This document shows, piece after piece, positions 1-13,049 of a stretch of DNA of 64,000 bases (position 1 is the first letter of the stretch; each line of letters begins with the position of its first letter). This DNA comes from Epiperipatus broadwayi (taxonomy: Eukaryota > Animalia > Onychophora), in the NCBI GenBank assembly GCA_028023455.1, contig JAQFVV010000007.1, positions 14,942,001 to 15,006,000 on the forward strand. The letters run 5' to 3'. A program made the position numbers and the translations under genes. Below the pieces are notes generated by a model. The model did not search any database. It saw only the letters and a program-made list of their open reading frames with translations, and was not told the DNA's origin.

Positions 1-90
1 TAATTTAATATGAGTATTGAAGGTCTTTAGAAAAAAATAATTTTATTCAAATATTTCCAATATTTTCAACTGTTAGTAATAACACACATT
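1..90. repeat. Dispersed repeat, second copy at ~56836-56920
   Basis: taatatgagtattgaa(g/t)gtcttta...caactgttagtaata is present at both sites with roughly 75-80% identity by eye. Confidence 0.7.
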
Positions 91-109
91 TTAGTGTTTG
101 CACATTTGG

Positions 110-165
110 TCAGGCCAGCAACACCTGAAGAAGAGGGGAGAATAATACTTCTTGTAACATAATGC
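110..165 (+). ncRNA. Degenerate Penelope-type hammerhead ribozyme relic
   Basis: acacCTGAAGA-AGAGG-ggagaataata-CTTCT-TGTAACAT: intact CUGAAGA core and a 5-bp stem II. The downstream TGTAACAT looks like decayed CGAAACGT. Stems I and III are not recoverable. Confidence 0.35.
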
Positions 166-1019
166 ATATACTAACCTATGTGCTATTAGTAACAGTTGAG
201 TGTATTTGCAATATTTAAATAAAGTTAAATTTTTCTAAAGACATTAAATACTCATTTTAGATTATGGAAATAGTCCAACATATATGTACAAGTACAATTA
301 ATACATTGTAATAATGAGTAACGAATAACCACATGATTTAATTATAGAGCATATTGACTGCACAGTACAAAGATTGGTTGACTGAAAATATGTTGCAAAG
401 ATGGTCACATGTAAAATTTATGAGTTTAAATTTATAAATTTTTGATATTTTTTTGAAACCATAAAACCACTGAAATTGTAGATAATGAGAATTTACATAA
501 CACAAAAATATTCTACTATTTTATATATTATTTGTTATTTTAGTTTCACTTCAAATCACTCATCAAGGAAACAACCAAAATATATCAAAATAATAAAAAA
601 AATTAATCCCTAAAATGTATAAAAAAGAAAATAATTGATATAAGCAGTAAGAACACTGAGTAAAAAAACCTTAAGCTATGCTTACTCAGCATTTCTAGTG
701 CTAATGTTAATTACAATTGTTTAAGAAAAGTAAACCAATATAATACAAAAAATGATTCTGAAATATAAAGTAATATTTAATATAATTCACCTTAGAAATG
801 CAAACAGCTTTTTTTAAATACATTTCCTGTGTTGTATTTCACCTCTTTTTTTAACATTCATATAATAAATCTGTATTTATTTTATCTTTATAGTATATTT
901 CCAATTTCCATTTTTTTGTTGCTTTTTTCTATTTATCTCACTATTTTTTATTGTATTATTTAAAATAAGACAATAAAGCCAATTACTTGAGGTTTTAATA
1001 GGTTTATAAATGAAGATGG

Positions 1020-1145
1020 TAACAATCAAGTTTTAAGCTAGCAACTATTTCAACCTGTATTCAAGGCAACCTCCTTTAACAATAAAGGTAGTACCTTTAT
1101 TGTTAAAAAATGTTTTCTTGACTACAAGTTGAGGTTGTCAATAGC
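1020..1145. repeat. Hairpin-forming repeat family member, with a perfect 15-bp-arm hairpin at ~1076-1108
   Basis: Shares tcaaggcaacctcctttaaca with ~2014-2037 and 28081-28102; contains tttaacaataaaggt-agt-acctttattgttaaa. Confidence 0.65.
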
Positions 1146-1421
1146 GTAAGGGTAAATTGTTATTATTTAAAATAAAAATAGAGGTTGGTAATAATGATCG
1201 CAATTATGAGAACAGAGTAGCATACGGGTTTGGGAAAGGCAACCACAAACAATTCCTTTAGTCTATAAAAAAAGGTAATAAATATTTTTTAAAAATCCCA
1301 TTCCTAGTAAGACTAAGAATCAGACTAGTTTAATGGTCTATAACATAGGAAACTTGTGGTGTAAATAGTTTCTGGCTTTAATCTTAAACATCCATAAATC
1401 TGTTACATTTTGATATACCAA

Positions 1422-1630
1422 TGTCAAACTTTCTGCACCCACAATTTTGATATCATCCACTTAAGATAAATACATTAGATTATTACTTACTATTTATTAA
1501 TCTAGAGATTGTTATATCTATTTTTTTTACTACAGTTTGATTTACAAGAGTCAAACTTCCTGCACTCACAACTATGACCCCATCCACTTAAGATAAATAC
1601 ATGCATGATTATTATTAATTATTTATTAGG
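1422..1630. repeat. Two direct copies of a ~80-bp dispersed repeat (third copy at ~8111-8190)
   Basis: gtcaaactt(t/c)ctgcac.cacaa....gat.tcatccacttaagataaataca at 1422 and 1549; similar sequence at 8111. Confidence 0.7.
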
Positions 1631-1959
1631 TTAAAGATTAACATATCATTTCTTAACTCAAATTCATTTGAATGCAGCTTTGGATTTCTAAAAACATGAA
1701 AATTATTCCAGCTAATGACAATATACAGGAATCTATATAACAAGTGTGACTGTATACAGGAATCTATATAACAAGTGTCAGTCACACAGCTAAAAATTAT
1801 ACATCATGTTCATATGGAAATGAAGAATTTACTTTAGCATAGCATCTTTATAATGATGAGTAAAAGTCTTAGTTTTCTATGATTCCTGTTGTTTGTGGTT
1901 CATGATCTCTATAGACTATGTATCTTTTGCATCTGACATATATATATCATTAAAAGCTA

Positions 1960-2040
1960 GTCAACACTTAGATAATCCCAATATCTATAACAATCAACAA
2001 TTTCAAACTGTCATCAAGGCAACCTCCTTTTAACAATATA
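1960..2040. repeat. Partial copy of the caacacttagacaatccc foldback family
   Basis: gtcaacacttagataatcccaat...tcaaggcaacctccttttaacaat matches the arm at 28030-28105 and ends in (TA)n. Confidence 0.7.
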
Positions 2041-2293
2041 TATATATACTTAACTGGAAAGTTTTCATGAGAAATGTAAGTAGTGTTGCAGTTTAGTTCC
2101 AATAGCAAGACTGATGTGTCTCTTTTTAATCATATTTTTAATTAGGAATTGAACAGAAATTTTTTGCTCCCCTAACTACAGAGCCTACTGTTTCCTATAT
2201 TGTACAGTAAAATATTTCACCATTGTTTTTTAAATATCAATGTTATATTTTTAAAAAAATTGCACTTTAAATTGCATATCTAGTTGCTTATAG

Positions 2294-2403
2294 AATCATG
2301 TGATTTTTAACATCAATTATGCAAAGTACCCTCTGTTGGGAGGCGAATACGGATCTTCCCGATTTCGAATTTCATCTCTGTACTACTGGTTCCTACAGCA
2401 TAG
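2294..2403 (+). other. Candidate exon, product unknown
   Basis: ttatag| acceptor and AG|GTAATT donor. One frame is open (NHVIFNINYAKYPLLGGEYGSSRFRISSLYYWFLQH) and CpGs are retained. An alternative minus-strand terminal exon at 2377-2317 reads (R)DEIRNREDPYSPPNRGYFA*. I cannot decide the strand. Confidence 0.3.
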
Positions 2404-2661
2404 GTAATTCTATGAACCAATATAAAGTTATTTAATTTGTTTTTTAAAGGATTTGTGGTTTTAAAAACAAAGAACTTAAAATATGCCGTTAAAAATTATA
2501 TCTAACTTAATCTTGTTTTGATCAGTTCTTTGATATTTTACTTTGTTTGTAGTAGAAGTACAATCTCACAAACAGTAAAGTTGGAAAAAAAATCATTTTT
2601 GTTCTTTTTTTTTTTTTTAATATTTCTTTCACAAATTTTTATCTTTTAATCTGTTATCAAG

Positions 2662-2784
2662 GAGTCGTGTTTCTCCAGTTATTATTTACAACATTCTTGT
2701 TTCGCTGCTCCCCACAGCTTTGACAAGACCTTGTCACTCTGTTATAGTGATGTTCTCTAAAACATGATTTAAAACTGAGACCAG
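2662..2784 (+). other. Candidate noncoding or terminal exon
   Basis: Ends in CAG|GTAAAA and retains CpGs. All plus frames hit a stop before the donor. Confidence 0.2.
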
Positions 2785-3049
2785 GTAAAAAAATAATTTA
2801 AGCAATTATATTAATGGGCTTATTATTAAAAGCAATATATGAAATAAAAGTAATGAATCGTAAAAAAAAAAAAAAAGAAATTGAAGAGATAATTACTTAA
2901 ATTGAGAATGTTATTTTAATGGGATATCATGCAGTTAGATGACCTTAAAAAATGATAATAAAAAATAATTGTTTATTTTGAAAACTTTGACTAAATGTAA
3001 AGGTAACAACTGATTTTTTTTTAACGAATAAGCATACAATAGCAAACAT

Positions 3050-3800
3050 TATCATATATATGTCGATGTGTATCCGCATATATCTATACTATTATCCAAA
3101 TATATACAATCCACACACAAACTTTTTTATAAATCTTGATTTATTATAATATGAATTATTATAAGATACAATAATATACTTCAATGTTTTGATTATATTC
3201 TTTTATAGTCTTTATCAAAGAACAACTAAAAAATACATACAAACCAATAAATACAAATATTCCATAATACATATAATAAAATACAAATACCTTAAACCTC
3301 TTCTAGCAGACAATTTTAACTCTCTTTACGTGGATTGTTTTTTTTTTTTTGGGGGGGGGGTATTTTGTTTTTCTACACGTCTATTAATTTTTTTTTCCAT
3401 CTTTTTTATTCCAAGATACAATTATTTATTTTTGAAATTTTGATTTTTGAAAGATTTAGGCAATTTGGGATAAGGTATGTTAATGCAAAGTATTTTCTCA
3501 CATTATTTGATTTTAATTTTTTATTAAATGTTAAATATTAATCAAAATTAGGATGTTGATTTTTAAATAATTGATGACAATTGCAAACTTTGCATTTTTA
3601 TTTTTTAATTAATGATCAAATTTGCAATTTTGTAACCGTCTTTTTTTAAAAATCATATGTTGATAATCGATGTCATTTAACGCCTAAATATTTCAGTGGG
3701 GATTTTGGGTGAGTTATAAAATTCAAAATGGCTTCGAGCGCGTATCGACATCAAAATTACTTTAGGCTTTTGATTACTTTCTTTTGTTTTTAAGTCAATC
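3050..3800. promoter_or_regulatory. CpG-retaining promoter-like patch
   Basis: Cluster of CpGs (ttcgagcgcgtatcgac, aatcgat, taacgcc) in a CpG-poor background; YY1-like AAAATGGC at ~3725; TCAGT initiator-like word at ~3693 followed by a GG|GTGAGT donor at 3708/3709. Confidence 0.4.
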
Positions 3801-4049
3801 ATATTTCTTTCTGTTTCTATTTTATTTCTTTAAACATGTAATTCAATTTGAGGAATATCTATTTATTTGTCTTTTTGCCCTGCGTGATGTAATGCTGTGG
3901 CAGAATATGGATCATAGTAAGGTGTTTTTTTCCAACATTCAAACTATTATTTCTGTTTTCATCATGTGATGTGATGTGATGCACTGTGACTTCTTCTTAA
4001 ATGGAGACAGGAATCTCTCAGCAACTATGCCCAGAAAAACCTGTTAACC

Positions 4050-5150
4050 ACTTTACCTTCCCTTTCCATTCCCCACCCTAAGTTTTCCCATAATCTGCTC
4101 CATCCCATGTCCACAACATAATCTTTGTCAACTCTATGGCCTTTATATCTAAATCTCCCTTATCTTTTCCCAAACCCAGCATAAAAACCAATAACCCACT
4201 TTCTGTATAATCACTTTATCCATATATATTCTTTCATAATTTCATTATTTGTAATCTTTCTGCTTTCAAACATTTACATTTAATTAACAGATGCCTAATA
4301 TTTTCTATTCCTTCCTTACACAATTTGCAGACCAAATCACCCATATTTTTTCATTTATGTGTATATTCTCTTGTTGCTATAGATCCCATTCAAGCCTTAA
4401 ACAATAAACTACTTTCCTTGCTATTATCATAAATTAACTTGCACCCAATGTTCCCTTTACTTATATATATATATATAAACTGTTTTTACTCTCCATACTA
4501 GTTCTCCATCTCTCCAACTTCCTATTCTTTATTAATGCATCTATTCTTTTATCCCATCCTTACCACTATAACACTCAATAATCTTTCTAACACAATCATC
4601 CCACCAAGTACAAGTATACTTATATAAATTCTTTATCCAAATCTTTTGCATACCACATTATTTTTCTCACCCATCTTGTTGCCTGCCCTTTACTCGTAAT
4701 CCAGTTAAATACTATTTTAGCTATTCTTTTATTATCCATAAACTGCAACCTACCAAACATTTTCATTTTACTTTTTGCATCTCTTATATAAAAACTTGAC
4801 CATCCCATTTCTCCTTGAATTGCCTCTTTTGCTATCCACACATCTGCATCTAATGCATGATTTCCTATTTCCCTTTGCACTTTTTCTAAATAATCTAATA
4901 CCCCTTTACTAACACATAATGCATCATTACCATATGTTAACCCTGCTACTGCAACTCCCTTCCATACAATTCTAGCTACATCATATTTATTATGTGAAAA
5001 CACTGTTAATTTCTTTATCAATCTCTTTATTTTCTTTGCTTCATTAATCAATTTTTTCTCACATTCATCCAAGCAATTTTTCTGATTACTTAAGATGATT
5101 TTCAAATAACTAGACAAAACTCTCCTTAGTTCCACTTAGTTCAAGATAGA
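4050..5150 (-). mobile_element. 5'-truncated non-LTR retrotransposon (post-RT region plus CCHC zinc knuckle), decayed
   Basis: ORF 4620-5135 (VWKGVAVAGLTYG...AIQGEMGWSSF) is typical of LINE ORF2 after the RT. Downstream minus-strand LFKA*MG...VCKLC...HLLIKC is a CCHC motif. Confidence 0.85.
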
Positions 5151-5211
5151 GTAATCAAACTGATGCAAGATTTGTGCATAAAATTCCTATCTAGTGCCTA
5201 CTGATCTAATA

Positions 5212-5253
5212 TCCCCAGAGTAGTTTCTAGCTTGTGGGTTTCATTAGTGAGAA
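5212..5253 (-). ncRNA. Degenerate type I hammerhead (family 2; copies at 57229-57283 and 59045-59107)
   Basis: Minus strand ttctca-CTAATGA-AACC cacaa GCTA-GAAA-CTAC-TC-tgggga. The flank (taggcac.agatagg.attttatgcacaaa) matches the 57.3-kb copy. Confidence 0.55.
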
Positions 5254-5600
5254 TCCTTGGATAGTAGCTTGTGAAAGCATAAGGATGGTGGTCATGTGAT
5301 CATTTTTTTTTGTTTAAATGTATAACAATGTTTGACTAATATCTATTCATTTCTCTTTCTGCCCTGCATATGTTGGTGCAATGGTCACTAAAGGTAATGG
5401 ATTTCATGCAATTCTATCATTTCTGACACTCAATGTTCTTATGACTTGCCAAGCAATAAAACCATGTGATCAGTCTTGCATGATTTGATGCATTGATAAA
5501 ATAAAAGATGAGCTTAAAATCTATCATTCATGGTCTATCACTTTCAGGACCAAACTTTTTATATATTCCTAAGCAATTATGATCAAATTATTTTTTGGTT

Positions 5601-6260
5601 CTTGTGAGTTTTCAAAAAAACCAAAATAGCAGCCTGTATTTTTGATAAATATACAGTTTTAGGGCTCCCAAAATATTTACAAAAAAAATTGTCTGCTAAA
5701 ATACATTGTATTTAATATTTACATTTTATTTTTTACTAGTGTTATTTTTTTAAAAAAAAAATCATTGTGAAATAATTAATTACAATCTTTACAGTTTATT
5801 TTCTTTTCTTTTTTTTCGATTAACTTATTAACAAAAAAATGGAAAAAAATATAAATACAATATTTACATTTTATTTATGTTGGCAGTTTGCACATATTTT
5901 GGGAAGACAGGATCACATACCTTTGGAAATAGTCCACTGCATCTTATTCTGTGATAAAAAGATCCCAAACTTTTGTCATTGTGACAAGTTTATCAAAAAA
6001 ACTTCTTCCAAAAAGAAACATGCTGAATGGCAATTTTATGAGTTTCTCATCACTTCCCATAATATAATATAAGTAAAAATAAAGAAATAAAATAAAGCTT
6101 TTTAATGAAATTTATTAAAATTTATCCCTTTTTTACAATTGATTTATTAATTTTGTTTTAATTTAACAACTAACATATCTTTGATAGATTATAGGCTCTT
6201 GAAACTGTATATTTATCAAATATACAAAGTGCCATCTTGGTTTGCTTGAAAACTCGCCAG
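5601..6260. mobile_element. Non-autonomous TIR element (MITE), copy 1; probably Tc1/mariner-like
   Basis: ~60-bp imperfect TIRs (cttgtgagttttc...aaaccaaaatagcagc / gccatcttggtttgcttgaaaactcgccag); internal sequence matches 9607-10407. Confidence 0.75.
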
Positions 6261-6329
6261 TACCTATTTATTTATTTATTTTTCTATCTTGTTTCATTCA
6301 ATGTAGTTATATATTTGATCTTTTAGAAA

Positions 6330-6620
6330 AGTAAATCTTTTCAAATTAATGCAGTTTCTTTTTCTGACTTCTTTTCTGCACATTATTTGCATAAACTTTC
6401 TTATCCTTCCATTTAAGTGTTTTATATCTTTTAGAATTCACTTTAGAAATTTGATTATCCCTCTCTTATAATTCTTTTGGTAACATAGCCATTTTAGCAG
6501 TTTTTAAATCTCTTAAATTTTTCAATGGTTATCACTGATACTAAACTATGATATAACTATTTAACTTCATATTTTCTCTTGCCAAATCCTACCATATACA
6601 TTTTACTCTATTGTGTACAA
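6330..6620 (-). mobile_element. Highly decayed RTE-like LINE C-terminal fragment
   Basis: Minus-strand translation with stops gives MKLNSY...LKTAKMAML...RDNQI, which resembles the RTE post-RT region. Confidence 0.35.
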
Positions 6621-6784
6621 TCATGAAAGAAGTCTTACATGTACTATATTAATTTAATACATGGACAAAATATTTAAGGCATGACAAATGATTCAACAGC
6701 TTTCACCTATATGATAGGAATATGTAACAAAAAGAAATCATGCAATTTAATAGTATTTAACTACAAAAGACTAAAATGATTATC

Positions 6785-7090
6785 ATATAAGATAAGAGCA
6801 ACTCTCCATTTTAATGCCACCTAAAATAAGCTTGAATTACCAATGTAAATAAATATGCTATTCTTAGTATTTAAATCACCTGTTTCAGACTATTTTTTTG
6901 GCCCTGCCTTTATCAAAGAGGCTTGAGTATCAAATCAGAAATGAATTTAACCATGCAGCCAGAAAGCACCTTTAACACCATTTTATGTATCAAGCTAAAG
7001 ATTTGGATTTTATATGCATTCTGATAGTCATTGATTCCTCAAGTTTTTGCTAGATGGCACTCAAGTGAAGGGTTGATTCTGTCTTATGAC
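6785..7090. repeat. Dispersed ~300-bp repeat, second copy at ~48235-48560
   Basis: ataagataa(g/a)agca.ctct.c...ttaatgccaccta....taagctt and later blocks are shared between the two sites. Confidence 0.65.
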
Positions 7091-7338
7091 ATTATTTATG
7101 CTAGGAGTTGGAATCTAGTGATTTACTGCTCTTTTACTTACGACATATTAAAAAATATTTTTTAGTGACTAGTGTTCAAACTATAAAAAAAAAAATCAAA
7201 AAATTAACCAAATTAAACACCAATATCACCTCTAGATAAAAATGCCATTATTTTCATTAGTTTAAAAAGCTTAGCTAAAATCTCATGTATTAGCAGAACA
7301 AGTTTATTCTAAAGTATAAAATCTTTTTTAAAAAAATA

Positions 7339-7580
7339 TGAGGTGTGACAATTTAATTCCCAGGATGCACCTTCATAAAATATACACATGGAAGTGTATA
7401 CTAGTGACTACTATCATCTTCTCTTGTTCATATATTCACTGATTAAAATAGTCTTTCCATTTCTGGAAACTCACCTGGAACTCATTTTCAGGTATATTAT
7501 TTAACAGCTGTCTCACATTCTTTTGGATATCAATCATAGTAGAATATCTTTGTCCCTTCAGCATTGTTGTTAATTTTCAA
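7339..7580. mobile_element. Possible mariner-type end fragment
   Basis: tatgaggtgtgacaatttaattcc resembles mariner TIR starts; I found no matching second TIR. Confidence 0.25.
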
Positions 7581-8057
7581 AATAAACAAAAGTCACAGAG
7601 AGCTTAGTTAGATGACTAAAGAGAATGGTCTAGTTGTATAATTGATTTTTTGGCCAAAAAGTCTCGCACAATGAGTGCACTATGACCCATTTTTATGTCA
7701 AAGTAAATGCATAAATATTATTATCTTCTCAATGGATAACTAATAATTAGTTCTATCAGCTTAAAATTCACACACTCTTAGCTTAAACATATTCAATCAT
7801 GAATTTTCGATAGTAATGTGATTTTGATACACTTAGATCACAGATGACCCTATACAGTTATTCCAGGAATTAAGTTGCCATACTCCGTACATATCTTCCT
7901 TGATCGGATTCCAGATGAGGAATGTGATCTGTTACTATTTTTATTTTAATGAACTATTGAGATCAAGTATTTGCATAATCAGCATAACAAATATTATTAA
8001 TCAGCAAAGCTGATATTTACATGTCCTTAAATAAACTGTATATAAAAATGTTAGTCT

Positions 8058-8092
<35 letters not shown>

Positions 8093-8687
8093 TATACTTT
8101 GATTTATAAGGATCAAACTTTCTGCATTCACAACTTTGATACCAACCACTTTTGATAAATATATTGATGATTAGTACTAATCAATTATTTACTGCTATAT
8201 TATCTCTAAAGTTTTTAAATAAAAAACTATAAACATAATTTTCAGATTCAACCATGTATATAGTTGCTTACCATTAAAGACAATGTAATACAGCATATGT
8301 TTCAGTGCCACTACCATATTAATTTAAATACTCTCCTCTATCCCAGATGATAATGAGCATGATGTATTTGAAATAGCAGTATAATAACAATCAATTATAT
8401 CACATGGACAGATTGTTTACATACAAGTATATATAAATGCCTAAAAATGTATAGTGGTTGCATTTTACTTGCAGTTATATTTTGGACTATTTCCAACATC
8501 TGTTTGATTTATTAAATGCTTTTAAAAAAATTAAAACTTTATATGTACTCTTCTAAATATATTGAACTATCAATAATAATATACAGCTTAGCATTACATA
8601 ATGTGGGAATGGCACCATTGACCTTTAGATAATACTCTATTTAAGTTTAATTCTAATCACTTAAATCTTTGACTGAATAGTCTAGAC

Positions 8688-9085
8688 CAGGGATCCCTAA
8701 CCTTTTTGCACTTAAGAGCACATTCTATAATACTGGCCAGGTGGTGGGCACCATTTATTTTTTCAACCAGGTGGCGGCCACCATTTATTTTTTCAATGTA
8801 AATTTATAGTTGGATATTGTTAATAATACACATAATGTACAACAAAATATTAATTTCAAAAAGAAAATTTTAACATATAATTAACGTTTATATTTTTACG
8901 CTGTAAAAGTATAGTATGCCCTACAATTTGATTACAATATAATACAATAATTTATAAGAAATTTTAAAAATTAAATTTATTTGTATCAGATAAATAATTT
9001 TTTATCGTGTTCGGATAGTGGCGGGCACACATAAAATGGTCTGCGGGCACCATGGTGCCCACGGGCATAGGGTTGGGGACCCCTG
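8688..9085. mobile_element. hAT (Charlie-type) MITE
   Basis: TIRs CAGGGATCCCTAACC / GGTTGGGGACCCCTG; perfect 8-bp TSD GTCTAGAC at 8680-8687 and 9086-9093, matching the NTCTAGAN Charlie target. Confidence 0.95.
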
Positions 9086-9606
9086 GTCTAGACAATTAGA
9101 AAATTACTTTAAATTCAGTATTGTCAAATATAAAGATCACGGTTTACATCTAAGTTAGCTGCTTACTTATTGGCCAAATCAGAAACACATGAAGAAATGA
9201 AAATAATACCAGGTGAAATATTATGTTCCATAATAATCTTCATGTTGCTATTAGCTGTTAAATGTCAATAAAAGTATAATCCAGTATACAACTATTATAT
9301 AATATTATATACAAGATTATATTTTCATGTATCAAAAAATAATAGTTTAAAATTTTGTAATAGAGAGTTTCATATATATAAATCAAAATTATTCTAACTA
9401 GTAGAACTGAATGCCAAGTGAGAGAGATACAATAATAAGTTCAGCACAGCTCGTGAAATGTTTAAATGTCTAACAAACTCTCAAACAATAACTCCACTGA
9501 TAAAATAAATTTATTAAAAACTTTTTTTTTTAAATACATGAAATCATTTTATGTCCATATTTGATTATTTAAACAAAAAGCATTCATTCAAAATATAACA
9601 TCCATA

Positions 9607-10407
9607 CTTGTGAGTTTTACAGTAAACCAAGATTGCAGCTCATATTTTTGATAAATCTACAGTTTTAGGAGCCCTAAGAAAATGTTTACAAATAAATGAC
9701 TGCTAGGAAATATTGTATTTAACACTTACATTTTATTCATTATTATTACTGTTATACATTGCGGGGAAAAAATTAATTACAATATTTACATTTTACTTTT
9801 TTTCTTTTATATTCATGTCAGTAGTATGGTTGCACAAATCTAAATGATCTTTTCCCACTCAATTGACATTACTTCTCTACTCCAAAAGTAAACAAATCTG
9901 AGTGCAGTCAGAAATATAATTTTAGAGTCCTCAAGCCAAGCTTTTTTTATGAAGGGATATCCTGTTTAAACAAGATTTTCTATTGCATAATCATTGAGTG
10001 TGTTTGAATGTAAAGTTTCAAATTGTGACTCTTATCACACATTTCTTCAGAGGGTAGGATACTATATCTCTGGAATTACTCCACTGCATCACATTTTGTG
10101 ACAGAAAAGTTTTAAATTTTGATCATGATGACAATTTACCAAAAAAAAAAAAAAAAAACTGCTGACAAAAAAAAAACATACTGCACTGACACCAAAATAC
10201 AAGAATCATTAAAAGCATCTCTCACTTTCACATTGTAATATAAGTAAAAAAAAATAAATTAAATAAAGATTCTTAATAAAATTTATCAGAATTTATTACT
10301 TTTTTTTAACTCAACAACTAACACATCTTCAGGAGTTGTAGGCCCTTGAAACTGTATATTTTTACAAAATACAGGCTGCCATCTTGGTTTACTGGAAAAC
10401 TCATAAG
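9607..10407. mobile_element. Non-autonomous TIR element (MITE), copy 2, with TA flanks
   Basis: TA|cttgtgagttttacagtaaaccaagattgcagc ... gctgccatcttggtttactggaaaactcataag|TA; homologous to 5601-6260. Confidence 0.8.
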
Positions 10408-10559
10408 TATCTATAATTTTATAATTAATTTTAACTATTATGTTTTTATCTTTATTAGTAACCTTACCAAGGTATTTGTAATTGTTAACTTTTAATATGT
10501 TATTACAATTTTTTTTGCCTGAGAAAACCCATTGGCATTACTTTAATATTTTTAATATT

Positions 10560-10880
10560 TATCTTTTTTATCTTTATTTCTACTTTCTTACATTTATCTG
10601 ATAACCACATCATCTGCAAAATCAAGATGATTTAAATAATCCAAATTTACTTTTACTCCTTTAGATTACCATTTGAATCTACAAAATACTTTTTTATAAA
10701 ACTATCATAGAAAGATTTAGAGATATGAAATCATTCTGTTATACATTTTTCTCAATGCTAATGTTTTTAATATAATGATGTAATATAAACATTAATATTG
10801 CATTTTGATCAATATTCCTAGCAATATGATTAAACCTTAACAATTTTTTTTCTATAGAAACATCTTCAAGAGATATGAAA
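10560..10880 (-). mobile_element. Decayed RTE-clade RT fragment
   Basis: Minus strand reads ...LNHLDFADDVVI (FADD motif), preceded by an RTE-like segment. Confidence 0.6.
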
Positions 10881-10984
10881 TAATTAATTCTTGGCTCAGT
10901 AACTGCTTACTTCATTTAAATAAATTATGCAGTCAATAATTTTGTAAACTGGAATCAAATAAACTTTTATTTATTACAAATATT

Positions 10985-11513
10985 ATAATAATGTGAAAGA
11001 CTGAAACCTTTGACAGAAGCATCTTAAAAATACTTATATGACAGCCAATCAGATGTAATAATGACTGCATAGGAAACTCTCAAGTGAAAACACAAGGCAG
11101 AGATTTTATAAGAAAAAGTTGGTTCCCATTTTCTTCCTTACTTAAATTTATATATAAATAAGCCAGTCTTAAGCATTTTGAAATGAGAGCATGGAGCTTT
11201 AAACACTTTCACATTTAATTCCCTAAATATTATATATAAATAAACAATGTGAAATCTTTCAATTTACTATGAAGTAATTTTCAAATCCAATGAATTGATA
11301 GTAATAAATGTAAATATATTAATTTATTAAGCACAAGCAGATGATATAATAATAATGTGAAAGGCTGAAACCTTTGACAGAAGTGACTATGCAGTCATTA
11401 TTACATCTGATTGGCTGTCATATAAGCATTTTTAAGGCACTCTGTCAAAGGTTTCAGCCTTTCATGTTATTATTATATCATCTGCTTGTGCTTAATAAAT
11501 TAATATATTTACA
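10985..11513. repeat. Interlocked direct plus inverted repeat (P-Q-gap-R-P-Q'-P'-R')
   Basis: P is at 10985-11017 and again at ~11348-11381; 11387-11513 is the reverse complement of R-P-Q; arms 11309-11381 and 11441-11513 are near-perfect. Confidence 0.85.
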
Positions 11514-12589
11514 AATATTATAATAATTTTTGCTTAAGGCAGATAGAATAGCTATAAACAAAGTATAATACTTGTTTAGTACCAGCAATAATTTAACATT
11601 GCTTTTTCAATTTCACCAAATATAATTCATGCATTATTTTCCCATTACTATTGTCTTTCTACTGCTTATCAATGTCCAGCAAAATAAAAACAAATGAGTT
11701 TTAAATCTGTTATTAATTACTTTCAACTACTTTAAAATAGCTACTGTTGTGCTAACATTATTATGAATTATTAGGGTATAATAATATATCTCATCATAAA
11801 CAGCAGAACTTGGCATGCCTGAGGAAGAGTGTAGTGGCACAAGGACACACATTTATCAAAGCCTCAATGAGCATGATCTATGTCTTTTGTAAATATCAAA
11901 AAGTAATTCACAACATTTTATTACATCCTAAATATAATTTTATCTTTTGTTGCCAAAACTCTGTAGTTTGTAGGCCCTACAATGACTATCACATATTAAG
12001 TAATACAAATGCAGAAGCATTGATTGTGTGATGACACAGATTTTTCTGCAATGTACAATGTGTATATTAATTTTAGAACAATGTATCTATATCTGCAAGA
12101 CAATATATTTTTTAATGTTTAATGATTTTCATCATATGCAAAAGAGACTCCACATAATAATATTCCACTGGGTTCTGCTTTTTTCTTGCCCAGCTCTGAC
12201 TAGCATTTTTAAATACCTATGATCATACTAACTTCAGACAGAAAAATAAAACCGAAGATAAAACAACCATTCAAATTAATTATTTAACAGATATACAATT
12301 TGTATGCCTTAATGTTAAAGATAAGTTCTAAAAAGATTAAAATAAAGCTCTGTGAATTTTCTCAGAAAAAAATATAGATTAATAATTATGAATTAAAAGG
12401 AATTAACAACTACAAATATCTTGGACAAATTATTAGTACATATTGTAATATAATGAGTGAAATTAATCATAGAATTAAACTTAAATTGAGTGATTTTGGC
12501 TCATATAACAATATTAAAATGAAATATACCTACGAGCTTTAAAACAAAGGGTTTTAATAGATGTGATTTACCCATATTTACTCATGGAT

Positions 12590-12960
12590 TTGAGACTTCA
12601 ATACTTAATAGAAAAATAATACAGAGACTTTAGATCTCTCAACAAAATAAGGGAAGTAAGGTCTGTTGGAAATAATAAGAAGAAATCAAAAACAAAAGAT
12701 ATGGATTAGAGAACAAACAGATATCTGAGACTTCAATGAAAGATTAAAATAGAACTTGGATGGATGTATTGCCAAAGGATATAATATGTATACAGTTAAT
12801 GTTTAATGCCGGATTTGAAAAGATGGTAAAAGACCTGAAAAGAAATCATATGTAAGATGAATGAATGAAATAAGAAAGTTTGCTGAGGTTATAAAGGTAA
12901 GAAGAGGTGTAGATTAAAGACACTGGATTAAATATGAAGAGACTATCCTACAGTGGATCA
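12590..12960 (+). mobile_element. Decayed RTE LINE 3' fragment
   Basis: Frameshifted translation gives WIREQTDI...DGKRP...EIRKFA...EETILQWI, typical of the RTE C-terminus. Confidence 0.7.
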
Positions 12961-13049
12961 ATAATTGCTTGTAAATGATGAGGATGAAGAATGTCAATGC
13001 AGCTTTTATATAAACTAAAAGAACCATGCAAAGGTTTGTTGAGACTGTC

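Noticed and set aside
3189-3969. ORFs of 61-84 aa rich in F, I, Y and K
   Set aside because: They start at TTG and arise from poly-T and AT-rich low-complexity sequence, with no domain signal. The same applies to most short ORFs in the supplied track.
7832-7930. Candidate exon (open frames on both strands, two CpGs)
   Set aside because: No good donor and acceptor pair, and no recognisable protein.
10005-10056. Minus-strand CTGAAGA...GAAA hammerhead candidate inside the MITE
   Set aside because: There is no stem I or III partner, and the motif is not conserved in the other MITE copy.
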